From an uncultured Rhodothermaceae bacterium (GTDB taxonomy: Bacteria; Bacteroidota; Rhodothermia; Rhodothermales; JAHQVL01): DNA of 64,000 bases. Of the stretch, positions 11,783-21,565 are shown piece by piece. The notes under the pieces were generated by a model. That model made no database searches and was not told the DNA's origin. It worked only from the letters and a program-made list of their open reading frames with translations. Position 1 is the stretch's first letter. Each line of letters begins with the position of its first letter. The position numbers and the translations under genes were made by a program. The stretch spans positions 23,902-87,901 of the forward strand of contig CAZGHT010000004.1 of NCBI GenBank assembly GCA_964525535.1, read 5' to 3'.

Positions 11783-14383
11783 ATGATCACCCGCCTCTCG
11801 ACGTTGCTCTGTTTGATTCTTCTCATCGCATCCTGCCGGAACACGAAGCTCACGGGCGATGCCGAGGAGGCGCCTGAGCTCACCTTGCCCGACGGTTTTA
11901 CGTACGAACACCTGTATTCCCCTTCCGAGGCCGGGCAAGGTACCTGGGTGGGGCTGACCTTTGACGACGAAGGCCGGTTATACGCCGCGGACCAACACGG
12001 ATATATCTATCGCATGGACAAGCCAGGGTCGACGAGTCCGGCGGATTCAGCGAGACGGATCGCCCTCGAGATCGGCGAGGCCAATGGATTATTGTGGGCG
12101 TTTGACGCGCTGTACGTTGTCGTTAATGACCGAGAGGGCCTTGGGGGGCATAGCAGCGGCATTTACAGAGTGACTGATACGGATGAGGACGACGAGCTCG
12201 ATGCGATCGAAATGCTGCACCAATTCGAGGGCGCTGGAGAGCATGGTCCCCATTCTCTCATTTTGAGCCCGGACCGTACGGCCCTGTATTTTATAGCAGG
12301 TAATCATACCGATGTGCCGGAGGTCTACACGTCCCGGCACCCCGGGGCGTGGCGCGAGGATCAACTGCTCCCGGCCATGGTCGATCCCAGGGGGCACGCC
12401 AACGACCGGAATGCCCCCGGTGGATGGATTGCGCGGATGGATCCGGATGGTAATGCGTTCGAGATCGTCAGCAGCGGCTACAGGAACGCGTACGACATTG
12501 CGTTCAACGAGGATGGGGAGTTGTTCACGTTCGACTCGGACATGGAGTGGGATCTCGGCATGCCCTGGTATCGGCCGATCCGGGTATGCCACGTTACGAG
12601 TGCGAGTGAATACGGATGGCGAACCGGGTCGGGGAAATGGCCCTCCTATTATCCAGACAACCTCCCTTCCGTAGTCGATATCGGCCAGGGTTCGCCGACC
12701 GGGGTGCTCATGGGATCAGGCAGCGCCTTTCCGGCCAGATATCAGCGCAGCCTGTTCGTTTTCGACTGGAGCTTCGGTACGATTTATACCGTACAACTCG
12801 AACCGCGGGGCAGTTCCTACACCGGCTCCTTCGAGGAATTCCTGTCGGGGGTGCCGCTGCCGGTAACCGACGGAGTCTGGGGCCCGGATGGGGCGCTCTA
12901 TGTTGCTACCGGCGGGCGTCAGCTGGATTCGCATCTCTACAGGGTCAGTTATGACGGGGACGAATCCATTGCAACGGTCGACGGCTCCAGCGGGATGTCC
13001 GAGCTGCGTCACGTGCGGCGTCATCTGGAGCGGTATCACACCCGTGTAGACCCCGGGGCCCTCGACGTCGTCTGGCCCTACCTGAATCACGACGACCGGT
13101 TCATACAATATGCGGCCCGGCTGGCCGTCGAGCGGCAGCCGGTAGCCGGCTGGTGGAGGAGGGCGGTCGAAGAAGAGGATCCCACGCGTCGCCTCCAGGC
13201 CATTGTGGCCCTTGCGCGGAGAGGCGAGCCTATGCATCAATATGTGGCGCTCAAGGCCCTGACCGAGTTGCCGTTCGAACGCCTGTCGATGCCGGACAAA
13301 TTGAATCTCTTACGGGCGTACAGCCTGGTTTTTATTCGCCTCGGCGAGCCCGCCGACCACTGGAAGGCTACCGTCGCGGCGTCCCTGATGCCGCATTATC
13401 CTGCAGATTCGTATGTACTCAACAAAGAATTGTCCGTCGTATTGGCCTACATGAACGCCGAAGGGGTGGTCGAAAAAACGCTGGAATTGTTGCGTTCGGC
13501 CGCGACGGAGCGCATGGCAGTGCCCATTTTGACTGAAGAGCTCACTGCCCGAAGCGATCAATACGGGGAAGCTATCGAGAATATGAAGGAGAACATGCCG
13601 TCGGCTCCGGAGATTGCGTATGCGTACGCACTGAGTCACGTCACAGACGGATGGTCCCTCGATCAGCGAAAAGAATACCTGCAGTGGTTTTACGACGCTA
13701 TGGCCCGGAGTGGAGGGCGCAGCTATGTGGGATTCATCGATCAAATTCGGCGTACAGCGATCGATCATATCCCTGGCGGCGAGCGAGAAGCACTGGCCGA
13801 ATACGTCGTTGAATTCAACCAGCCGGCCCTCGACCTGACCCGCCTGCCCCAGCCGGAAGGCCCGGGAGAGAACTGGCTTCAAGGGCAGGTCAAAGACTTC
13901 GCGGACGACTACATGGAGGAGACGTTGCGCAATTTTGAGCGCGGGCAGGCGATGTATGCAGCCGCACTGTGCGAGGCCTGCCATACCATGAATGGGATGG
14001 GAGGCAACATCGGCCCTGACCTGTCGACCATCGGCACGCGCTTCAGCCGCAATGATCTTATCGAGGCCCTCATTTCACCGAGCGACGCGATATCCGATCA
14101 GTACGCGGCTACCGTTTTTACGTTGAACGATCAGGGTACGGTAGTCGGGCGGGTCATTCAGCGCGATGAGAACACCATCGAGGTCAACCAGAATCCCTAC
14201 GATCCCTCTCAGGTGACGACGATCTCGCAGGAGGACGTAGTGGATGAAAGCCCGTCTCCGGTGTCGATTATGCCGGCCGGCCTGCTCAATCGGCTGAATC
14301 AGGATGAGGTGCTCGATTTGCTCGCGTTTCTCGTAGCCAACGGGAATGCCGAGCACGAATTGTTCAAAGAAGAGGCGGAGTAG
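11783..14383 (+). CDS. beta-propeller dehydrogenase-like / HEAT-repeat / c-type cytochrome fusion (PVC-type heme-binding protein)
   Basis: Lipoprotein-like signal (LLIASC). N-terminal sugar-dehydrogenase-like propeller region, central helical repeats, C-terminal CEACH (CxxCH) heme motif followed by GPDLSTIG. Confidence 0.85.
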   Translation: MITRLSTLLCLILLIASCRNTKLTGDAEEAPELTLPDGFTYEHLYSPSEAGQGTWVGLTFDDEGRLYAADQHGYIYRMDKPGSTSPADSARRIALEIGEANGLLWAFDALYVVVNDREGLGGHSSGIYRVTDTDEDDELDAIEMLHQFEGAGEHGPHSLILSPDRTALYFIAGNHTDVPEVYTSRHPGAWREDQLLPAMVDPRGHANDRNAPGGWIARMDPDGNAFEIVSSGYRNAYDIAFNEDGELFTFDSDMEWDLGMPWYRPIRVCHVTSASEYGWRTGSGKWPSYYPDNLPSVVDIGQGSPTGVLMGSGSAFPARYQRSLFVFDWSFGTIYTVQLEPRGSSYTGSFEEFLSGVPLPVTDGVWGPDGALYVATGGRQLDSHLYRVSYDGDESIATVDGSSGMSELRHVRRHLERYHTRVDPGALDVVWPYLNHDDRFIQYAARLAVERQPVAGWWRRAVEEEDPTRRLQAIVALARRGEPMHQYVALKALTELPFERLSMPDKLNLLRAYSLVFIRLGEPADHWKATVAASLMPHYPADSYVLNKELSVVLAYMNAEGVVEKTLELLRSAATERMAVPILTEELTARSDQYGEAIENMKENMPSAPEIAYAYALSHVTDGWSLDQRKEYLQWFYDAMARSGGRSYVGFIDQIRRTAIDHIPGGEREALAEYVVEFNQPALDLTRLPQPEGPGENWLQGQVKDFADDYMEETLRNFERGQAMYAAALCEACHTMNGMGGNIGPDLSTIGTRFSRNDLIEALISPSDAISDQYAATVFTLNDQGTVVGRVIQRDENTIEVNQNPYDPSQVTTISQEDVVDESPSPVSIMPAGLLNRLNQDEVLDLLAFLVANGNAEHELFKEEAE

Positions 14384-14888
14384 TGCCGATTTCGCCGCGC
14401 AACCATTCACAGAAGGGCAATGCACGATCGATGAACGACGTAACATCGGGCACGAAGTTAATGTCCTCTACCTCGATGAGCTCCTGGCTCCTCGCATGAA
14501 GTATGCGAGCCTCTTCGATGAGCTCCTCGGAAATCTGGGGAAATAAGCTCAATAATCGTTGGTGAACACGATGGAGCGTGTGGCTGAGTTTGTGCAGGCG
14601 CGTCAGGTCGCTGAATCGGCGAACATTGCGTTCGATGGCCTGGCCTTCCTCATGTTGAGAGAAGATCAGGCTGGCTCTGAGATGAACCAGGATTCCTCGC
14701 ATTTCGTCTTGCGCCGATAAAAGAAAAGGACGCACCACGTGGTCGTCTTCCTGATCGGTCGGATCCTGGCCGGCCCTTCGATCCAGGACGCTTTGCTTCA
14801 CATTCATGGCTGCATTGACTGAGGCAATCAGCGTCATGATCCTGAACAGAGATAGATCCAGGAGATCCTCATCGGTAGGCTGGGACAT
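14364..14888 (-). CDS. hypothetical protein (helical, no family recognised)
   Basis: 174-aa ORF in an otherwise ORF-poor 724-nt gap. Composition is protein-like. Its 3' end overlaps the convergent 11783..14383 gene by 20 nt. Confidence 0.45.
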   Translation of the reverse strand: MSQPTDEDLLDLSLFRIMTLIASVNAAMNVKQSVLDRRAGQDPTDQEDDHVVRPFLLSAQDEMRGILVHLRASLIFSQHEEGQAIERNVRRFSDLTRLHKLSHTLHRVHQRLLSLFPQISEELIEEARILHARSQELIEVEDINFVPDVTSFIDRALPFCEWLRGEIGTTPPLL

Positions 14889-15107
14889 GGCCGTCTCGTC
14901 GTATGTATCGGGGCGAATATGCTAAAACGAATAGATTCGTAATGGGCCGTTTAACGCAGCCAGGTGCAGCATAGTTCGCGCATTCAGATCATTCAGGCGC
15001 CCTCTCGAGAGAGGATGCACGCCGGTTGATGTACAGGCAGCTTGATCGAGAGGATTACAACGCATACATTGATGATGTATGTTTATCGTGGATGATTTTC
15101 CCCTGAT

Positions 15108-18100
15108 ATGAAACCAACGCGTGCTCCATGGGGCAGTTTGCTCGTTTCCGGCCTGTTACTGGCGTGTTTCGCGTCATTGATGTCTTCCTGCGGGCCTTCG
15201 CTGCCGGCTGAAGTCGCTGAAGCCGAAGAACATATCCCCGAGGTCGTAGACTATAATTTCCATATTCGGCCTATTCTGTCCGACCGTTGTTATACCTGCC
15301 ATGGTCCTGACGAAAAAACGCGCGAGGCGGGGCTGCGGTTCGATCAGTACGAGAACGCAACGTCAGAGCTGGAAGAATCGCCCGGCAAATACGCGATCGT
15401 GCCCGGCAACCTGCGAAAAAGCGAGGTTTTTCATCGCATCACAGACGAGGATCCCGATGCGAAGATGCCGCCGCCGGAGTCCAATCTGACCCTTACTGCC
15501 ACCGAAATTGCGTTGCTGTCCCGATGGATCGAACAAGGGGCGCCGTATGAGCCTCACTGGTCGTTCAGACCTCCGGAGCCGGGTTCTCCCCCCGACGTGG
15601 ACCGCGAAGCATGGGGGACCAACGCCATTGACCGATATACACTGGCGAAGATGAGCGCAATGGGGCTGACGCCCTCGAGCGAGGCGACCAGGGAGACGCT
15701 CATACGCCGCGTCACGTTTGATTTGACCGGTTTACCCCCCACGCTGGACGAGATCGACCAGTTCCTGGCCGACGAGTCCCCCCAGGCTTATGAACGCGTC
15801 GTCGACCGGCTCCTCCAGAGTCCATCCTACGGAGAACGAATGGCGGCCGACTGGATGGACGCGGCTCGCTACGCCGATAGCCACGGTTATCAAGACGACG
15901 GGATGAGAAATATGTGGCCCTGGAGAGACTGGGTGATCGAGGCGTTTAATGACAACCTGCCATACGACGACTTTGTGACCTGGCAACTGGCCGGAGACCT
16001 GATTCCCGGCGCTACGCGGGAACAGATTCTGGCTACGGGATTCAACCGCAACCACATGCAAAGCCAGGAGGGCGGGATCGTCCCGGAAGAATACCGCACA
16101 GAGTATGTAGCCGATCGCGTTCAGACGCTGGGAACCGCTCTCCTGGGGTTGACGCTCCAATGCGCCCGGTGCCACGATCACAAGTACGATCCGATATCGC
16201 AGAAGGAATATTACCAGCTTTTTGGGTACTTCAACAGCATCAACGAAAGCGGGGTGATACCCTATGCCGGCGAGGCAAGCCCCACACTCGTCATGCCGGA
16301 CCAGGAAGCCCGGAAGGAGTTGGAAGAACTGGAAAAAACGATCGGGTCGTATGAGCGGAAGACGGCCGTTGACAACCCTGCTTTCGATAACGGGTTCACC
16401 CGCTGGGTTCAAGAGCTCAAACATACCGGGAATTACCGCAATGCCATCGAACTCCCCCAACCGGTCGGCGATTATCCGCTGGACGACATGGATGAGTTTA
16501 CCTTCAACGACCGGGCGGAGGGGGGAACGCCCGCTCGCGTCTCGGGAGATCGGGAACACCCGCCCACCCTGGTCGAGGGGAGATTTGGGGAGGCCGTATT
16601 GCTCCACGGAGAAAGCTGGGTAGATATGGGCGAGGACCGGTTCTTCTTCGAACGAAACGAACCGTTCTCGTTGAGTTTCTGGGTGTTCGTGGAAAAGGAC
16701 AGCGTTTCCGGTCCCCTGGCCGGCAAGTCGAATAGCCTGTTCAACGGCAATCGAGGCTATCTATCGTATTTGAACGAAGACGGGACGGTATCCGCCAGCT
16801 TAAATCACGTAGCGCCAGATCACGCCATCGAGGTGCAAACGAAGGAGGCGTTGCCGGCGCGCACATGGATTCATCTGGTTATGACCTACGATGGGTCCAG
16901 TCGTGCGGAGGGTCTCAAACTCTATGTCGATGGGCGTGAGGCCGAAACAGAAACCCTCGTCGATAATCTCCAGAAAAGCATTTTATATACGTACAACTTC
17001 TACAAGGGGGAGAAGACCAACTGGGGCGGCGGCAATACCTTCAGGCTGGGCATGATAGGTCCAAACCAGAAGCACACCAGCGAAATGGCTTTCGACGAGG
17101 TCAAAATCTACGATGTATCTCTCACCCCGCTCGAAGTGCAGGTGTTACACAGCGGAGCCTCCTCCCTGGCGAGCGTATTGAGCCAGGACAGCCTCGTTGA
17201 AGACAGCCGGGCTCTCCACCAGGCCCTGCGATCGTACTACGTCCAGAGGAAGGACGAGAGGTATGCGCAGGCCTTTGTGACGTTGAAGGAAGCCCGGGGC
17301 CAGGTGAACGAGATCATGACGGTGCAGCAGGAAGTGATGGTCATGAGAGAGCGATCGAAGCCGAGAGCGACTTACGTGCTCGACCGGGGTGTATACGATG
17401 CGCCTACCGATCAGGTCCATCCCGGCACACCGGAAATACTGCCCGCCTTATCGGAAGATTTGCCGGATAACAGGTTGGGATTGGCCGCCTGGTTAACCGA
17501 TCCGGATCACCCCCTTACGTCGCGCGTGGCGGTGAATCGTTTCTGGCAGAACATTTTTGGCCAGGGCCTCGTCACGACCCCTGGCGATTTTGGGAGCCAG
17601 GGTGCGCTGCCTTCACATCCGGAGCTGTTGGACTGGTTGGCCCGGGATTTCGTCGATTCGGGGTGGGATGTGAAAGGCCTGATGAAGACGCTCGTGATGT
17701 CTTCAACGTATCGGCAAACGTCGGTGGTGCCGCCGGAAGTGAGAGAACGAGACCCGGGGAACACGTGGCTGGCCCGAGGACCGAGTTATCGCATGACCGC
17801 CGAAATGATACGCGACCAGGCGCTGGCTGCCAGCGGGCTGCTGGAAGAGACGGTGGGGGGCCCCAGTGTACATCCGTATCAACCGGCTGGGCTCTGGAAG
17901 GAGCTTGCGACGCGCAATGAAACGGAATACAACCAGGATCATGGCGAAGCCCTGTATCGGAGAAGCCTGTACACCATCTGGAAAAGAAGCACTCCTCCAC
18001 CCTCCATGATCAGCTTCGATGCCTCAGAGCGCAATTTGTGCCTCGTCAAACGCCAGAAGACCAGTACGCCGCTCCAGGCGCTCATTTTGTTGAACGATCC

Positions 18101-18413
18101 CCAGTATGTAGAAGCCGCACGGATCCTGGCTGAGCGTATGATCCGAGAAGGAGGGCTTGACCTGGACGCGCAGATCGTATTCGGATTCAGGTTATTAACC
18201 AGCCGCTTTCCGCTAGAGTACGAACTCGGCATGTTAACCGAATTATTTGCCCACGAAAAGGCGTACTTCGAATCCAATCCTGCGGAAGCAGATTTGCTTT
18301 TGTCCGTTGGAGAATATCCTCCTGATCGAGCCCTCGACCGTGACGAGGTGGCTGCACATACGATGGTTGCCAGTACGATCATGAATTTCGACGAGGCCTA
18401 CATGAAGCGGTAG
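15108..18413 (+). CDS. PSCyt1 / DUF1549 / LamG-like / DUF1553 multidomain protein
   Basis: Signal peptide. CYTCHGPDEKTREAGLRFD (Planctomycete cytochrome C motif). DUF1549-like RRVTFDLTGLPPTLDEID and CARCHDHKYDP. Inserted concanavalin/LamG-like segment (FSLSFWVF...WIHLVMTYDG...LYVDG). DUF1553-like NRFWQNIFGQGLV. Confidence 0.9.
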   Translation: MKPTRAPWGSLLVSGLLLACFASLMSSCGPSLPAEVAEAEEHIPEVVDYNFHIRPILSDRCYTCHGPDEKTREAGLRFDQYENATSELEESPGKYAIVPGNLRKSEVFHRITDEDPDAKMPPPESNLTLTATEIALLSRWIEQGAPYEPHWSFRPPEPGSPPDVDREAWGTNAIDRYTLAKMSAMGLTPSSEATRETLIRRVTFDLTGLPPTLDEIDQFLADESPQAYERVVDRLLQSPSYGERMAADWMDAARYADSHGYQDDGMRNMWPWRDWVIEAFNDNLPYDDFVTWQLAGDLIPGATREQILATGFNRNHMQSQEGGIVPEEYRTEYVADRVQTLGTALLGLTLQCARCHDHKYDPISQKEYYQLFGYFNSINESGVIPYAGEASPTLVMPDQEARKELEELEKTIGSYERKTAVDNPAFDNGFTRWVQELKHTGNYRNAIELPQPVGDYPLDDMDEFTFNDRAEGGTPARVSGDREHPPTLVEGRFGEAVLLHGESWVDMGEDRFFFERNEPFSLSFWVFVEKDSVSGPLAGKSNSLFNGNRGYLSYLNEDGTVSASLNHVAPDHAIEVQTKEALPARTWIHLVMTYDGSSRAEGLKLYVDGREAETETLVDNLQKSILYTYNFYKGEKTNWGGGNTFRLGMIGPNQKHTSEMAFDEVKIYDVSLTPLEVQVLHSGASSLASVLSQDSLVEDSRALHQALRSYYVQRKDERYAQAFVTLKEARGQVNEIMTVQQEVMVMRERSKPRATYVLDRGVYDAPTDQVHPGTPEILPALSEDLPDNRLGLAAWLTDPDHPLTSRVAVNRFWQNIFGQGLVTTPGDFGSQGALPSHPELLDWLARDFVDSGWDVKGLMKTLVMSSTYRQTSVVPPEVRERDPGNTWLARGPSYRMTAEMIRDQALAASGLLEETVGGPSVHPYQPAGLWKELATRNETEYNQDHGEALYRRSLYTIWKRSTPPPSMISFDASERNLCLVKRQKTSTPLQALILLNDPQYVEAARILAERMIREGGLDLDAQIVFGFRLLTSRFPLEYELGMLTELFAHEKAYFESNPAEADLLLSVGEYPPDRALDRDEVAAHTMVASTIMNFDEAYMKR

Positions 18414-18507
18414 GGGGCGACCTGAATCTCGAACGATTTGCGTTTATGATTTGCGTTTGACGTCAAACCGAACCATCATTCACACTAAACCGCAATTTGC
18501 ACCAACC

Positions 18508-19956
18508 ATGCACTGCCATCAATTTGAAGCGAAATATTCTCGGCGCGACTTTTTGTCAAGAACGAGCCTTGGATTAGGGGCCACGGCGCTGGCTTCCTTA
18601 ATGAATCCAGGGACACTGTGGGCGGCCGGGTCCGATGACGAAAAAGGTGTGCTCGGTGCTCCTCATTTTACGCCGAAGGTGAAGCGCGTCGTGTATCTCT
18701 TTCAGAGCGGTGGCCCTTCGCAACTGGAGTTATACGACTTTAAGCCTCTTCTGAGGGAACGAAATGGGGAAGAACTCCCTGCGTCGGTGCGCGGGGATCA
18801 GCGATTGACAGGGATGACGGCCCATCAGAAAACCTTTCCGATGGCCGGATCTCAGTTCGATTTCTCGAAATACGGAGAAAGCGGCGCCTGGTTGAGCGAT
18901 CGTGTGCCACACATCGCTTCGATCGCAGATGAGTTGTGTTTCATCAAATCGATGTATACAGAGGCGATCAACCACGACCCTGCAATTACCTTCTTCCAGA
19001 CGGGATCCCAGCAGCCAGGCCGGCCGAGTATCGGCTCATGGATCAGTTACGGGCTGGGTTCCGATAACGACAACCTGCCGGCATTTACCGTGTTGCTGTC
19101 CCGCAGCACCGATGGCGGTCAGCCGTTGTATGCAAGGTTGTGGGGGAACGGATTTCTCCCTTCTGAACATCAGGGGGTTCAATTTCGATCGGGCAAAGAT
19201 CCCGTGCTCTATCTGAACAACCCGCCGGGCATAAAGGCATCGAATCGGAGGCGCATGTTGGACTACTTGCAGGCCATGCAGAAAGAGCAAGAGGAGCGGA
19301 TCATGGATCCGGAGATAAGCTCTCGGATCGCTCAGTACGAGATGGCGTACAGGATGCAAACGTCTGTGCCAGAGACGATGAACATCAACGACGAGCCCGA
19401 GCACATATTCGATCTTTACGGTGCACAGGCCCGGATTCCCGGCACGTTCGCGGCCAATTGTTTGCTGGCTCGCAGGCTCATAGAGCGTGATGTGAAATTT
19501 GTACAACTGTATCACCAGGGGTGGGATCAGCACGGAAACTTGCCCAGGGATATAACAAAGCTGACGCGCGATGTGGACCAGCCTTCGGCCGCTCTCGTCA
19601 TCGATCTGAAGCAAAGGGGCCTGCTGGAGGATACACTCGTCATCTGGGGGGGAGAGTTCGGCCGGACCAACTATTCTCAGGGCAAGCTTACCAAAGACAA
19701 CTACGGTCGGGATCATCATCCCCGTTGTTTTACGATCTGGATGGCCGGCGCCGGAGTAAAAGCCGGGTTCACCTACGGCGAAACTGACGAATTCGGATAC
19801 AACATTTCAGAGAATCCGGTCCACGTCCATGACTTTCAGGCGACGCTGATGCATCTCATGGGCATCGATCACGAGCGATTGACCTTCAAACACGAAGGGC
19901 GCAGGTACCGACTGACCGATGTGCATGGCCATCTGGTGCCTGCCATTTTGGGTTGA
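18508..19956 (+). CDS. DUF1501 (sulfatase-fold) protein with Tat signal
   Basis: ATG at 18508 gives SRRDFLSRTSLGLGATALA (twin-arginine signal). The rest matches the DUF1501 layout (LFQSGGPSQLELYD ... GGEFGRT ... GRDHH). It is the typical partner of DUF1549/DUF1553 genes. Confidence 0.9.
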   Translation: MHCHQFEAKYSRRDFLSRTSLGLGATALASLMNPGTLWAAGSDDEKGVLGAPHFTPKVKRVVYLFQSGGPSQLELYDFKPLLRERNGEELPASVRGDQRLTGMTAHQKTFPMAGSQFDFSKYGESGAWLSDRVPHIASIADELCFIKSMYTEAINHDPAITFFQTGSQQPGRPSIGSWISYGLGSDNDNLPAFTVLLSRSTDGGQPLYARLWGNGFLPSEHQGVQFRSGKDPVLYLNNPPGIKASNRRRMLDYLQAMQKEQEERIMDPEISSRIAQYEMAYRMQTSVPETMNINDEPEHIFDLYGAQARIPGTFAANCLLARRLIERDVKFVQLYHQGWDQHGNLPRDITKLTRDVDQPSAALVIDLKQRGLLEDTLVIWGGEFGRTNYSQGKLTKDNYGRDHHPRCFTIWMAGAGVKAGFTYGETDEFGYNISENPVHVHDFQATLMHLMGIDHERLTFKHEGRRYRLTDVHGHLVPAILG

Positions 19957-19977
19957 TCCGAATCGGCATCGACTCGT

Positions 19978-21441
19978 CTAGCGGGGTAATTGTTCGGGGT
20001 GGATATCCCAGGGCTGTGGAGGTAATGCTTCGTACCGGGGAGCTGAATCTCGAAGGGGAAACGTCGATAATACAGCGCTGAGGGAGTCCAGAGCCTTTTC
20101 CGCATCCGGATAGTTTGCGCCGATGAGGTTGTCTTTTTCGTATGGATCTCGTTCGAGGTCGTAAAGAGCGGTAATTTCGGCGTTTTCGACCCATATTTTG
20201 TACCGATCGTTGCGAACGGCCCGGTCGGTAAAGTTCTTCACCGGCTGTACGCCTTCGTCGGTCAGTCGAGCCGGCCCGAAACCCATGCTCAAGACCCAGT
20301 TGCGATTCCCTCGCGTATTTTCGCCCTTTAGGATTTGAGCGAAGGAATGCCCGTCTACGATCAGGTCCTGGGGAAGGGGCAGGCCGGCCAGGTCAGCGAA
20401 GGTCGGGAAAAAGTCCGTAAAATCTACCAGAGCATCGCTCACAATGCCTCTGGGCATGCGCCCCGGGGCGCTTACGATGAGGGGGGCATGCATGCCATTT
20501 TCCCCGAGCGTGCCTTTCCCGCCTTCTACGCGTTGCCCGTCGATTTGCCCTGTGATACCCCGGCTGGTCCCGTTGTCGGTGGTGAAAAAGACATAGGTAT
20601 TCTCACGCAATTGAAGCGCATCCAGGGTATCGATGAGCTTCCCGACCAGGAAGTCCATGTACCGGGTCATGGCCTTGTGCCTGTCCTGTATTCCTTCAGC
20701 ATCCGGGGCGTGTGGGGTAGGCACCAGAGGGGGGTGGGTTAAGACCATGGGGTAATATATCAGCATGGGTTGATCCACGTGGCGGGTCATGAAATCGACG
20801 AGAAAGTCCGTGAAGAAGTCCGGTCCGAACAGGCCATGATAGGTTCGACTGCCATCGCGGGTGTGGATATAGGGGTCGTAATACCGCTCCGCGCTGGGCG
20901 GATTCAGGGTCTCATATCCGGTCCACATCGCGTATTCGTCAAAGCCATGCAGCGACATCGCCGAGGGCTGGACTCGAAAGTCGTTAACCTGCCATTTTCC
21001 GGCAGCGGCCGTTGCATATCCGTGGGACCTGAATAGCCGTGCGAAAGAATAGTTATGCAGGGGATCGAAGTGCGCTCCTGCCCCCCAACGGGGTACGTCC
21101 CAGTGATTCGTCCATCCATGGCGGAATGGATACTGACCCGTCAGCAGGGTGATTCTCGACGGCGTACACTGCGGCATGGAGTACGCATTCGTGAATAAGA
21201 GGCCCTCCGCTGCGAGTCGGTCCAGGTTGGGTGTTTCGATGGATTCGCTTCCATACGCGCTGATCCACTCGGGGCCCAGGTCGTCCACCATAATCAGTAG
21301 AATATTGGGGGGCCTGTCTGCCGGCTGGCATCCAGCGAACATCCATGAAGCGAGAAACAGTAGCACGGCCAGCAGAAGAAACGGAAGGCGTTCACGCCGT
21401 CGACAGGCAGCAGAGAGATTGATCGCCGGGGAATGATGCAT
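19978..21441 (-). CDS. arylsulfatase-family sulfatase
   Basis: NILLIMVDDLG and the formylglycine signature CTPSRITLLTG. Signal/lipobox (FAGC). Confidence 0.9.
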   Translation of the reverse strand: MHHSPAINLSAACRRRERLPFLLLAVLLFLASWMFAGCQPADRPPNILLIMVDDLGPEWISAYGSESIETPNLDRLAAEGLLFTNAYSMPQCTPSRITLLTGQYPFRHGWTNHWDVPRWGAGAHFDPLHNYSFARLFRSHGYATAAAGKWQVNDFRVQPSAMSLHGFDEYAMWTGYETLNPPSAERYYDPYIHTRDGSRTYHGLFGPDFFTDFLVDFMTRHVDQPMLIYYPMVLTHPPLVPTPHAPDAEGIQDRHKAMTRYMDFLVGKLIDTLDALQLRENTYVFFTTDNGTSRGITGQIDGQRVEGGKGTLGENGMHAPLIVSAPGRMPRGIVSDALVDFTDFFPTFADLAGLPLPQDLIVDGHSFAQILKGENTRGNRNWVLSMGFGPARLTDEGVQPVKNFTDRAVRNDRYKIWVENAEITALYDLERDPYEKDNLIGANYPDAEKALDSLSAVLSTFPLRDSAPRYEALPPQPWDIHPEQLPR

Positions 21442-21565
21442 GGAGGGTATGACTTAACTGACAGATCCGGATAACGGTGGAGTGATAATATTGCTATTTT
21501 CCCTGTGAATCTACAACCGCCATGACGAGTAGGACCTTATATTTTCGACAATCCCCCCTGTTTTT

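Noticed and set aside
14433-14447. CGACGTAACATC inside the 174-codon ORF, one mismatch from the element terminus
   Set aside because: This is an isolated half-site within a putative coding region with no partner terminus, so it is likely chance.
14947-14990. Segment GTTTAACGCAGCCAGGTGCAGCATAGTTCGCGCATTCAGATC resembling the 36-bp mini-element
   Set aside because: There are multiple mismatches in both termini and similarity is limited to ACGCAG, GTGCA and AGTTCGCG blocks. It could be a decayed copy but is not supportable without a family profile.
15732-16607. 291-codon minus-strand ORF inside the DUF1549/DUF1553 gene. The same applies to 1553..2227, 19036..19719, 30743..31732, 38657..39274, 50044..50688, 52987..53550, 56503..57075, 59032..59946 and 63039..63707.
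   Set aside because: All are antisense to confidently identified genes and translate to Arg/Pro/Gly-rich sequences without recognisable domains.
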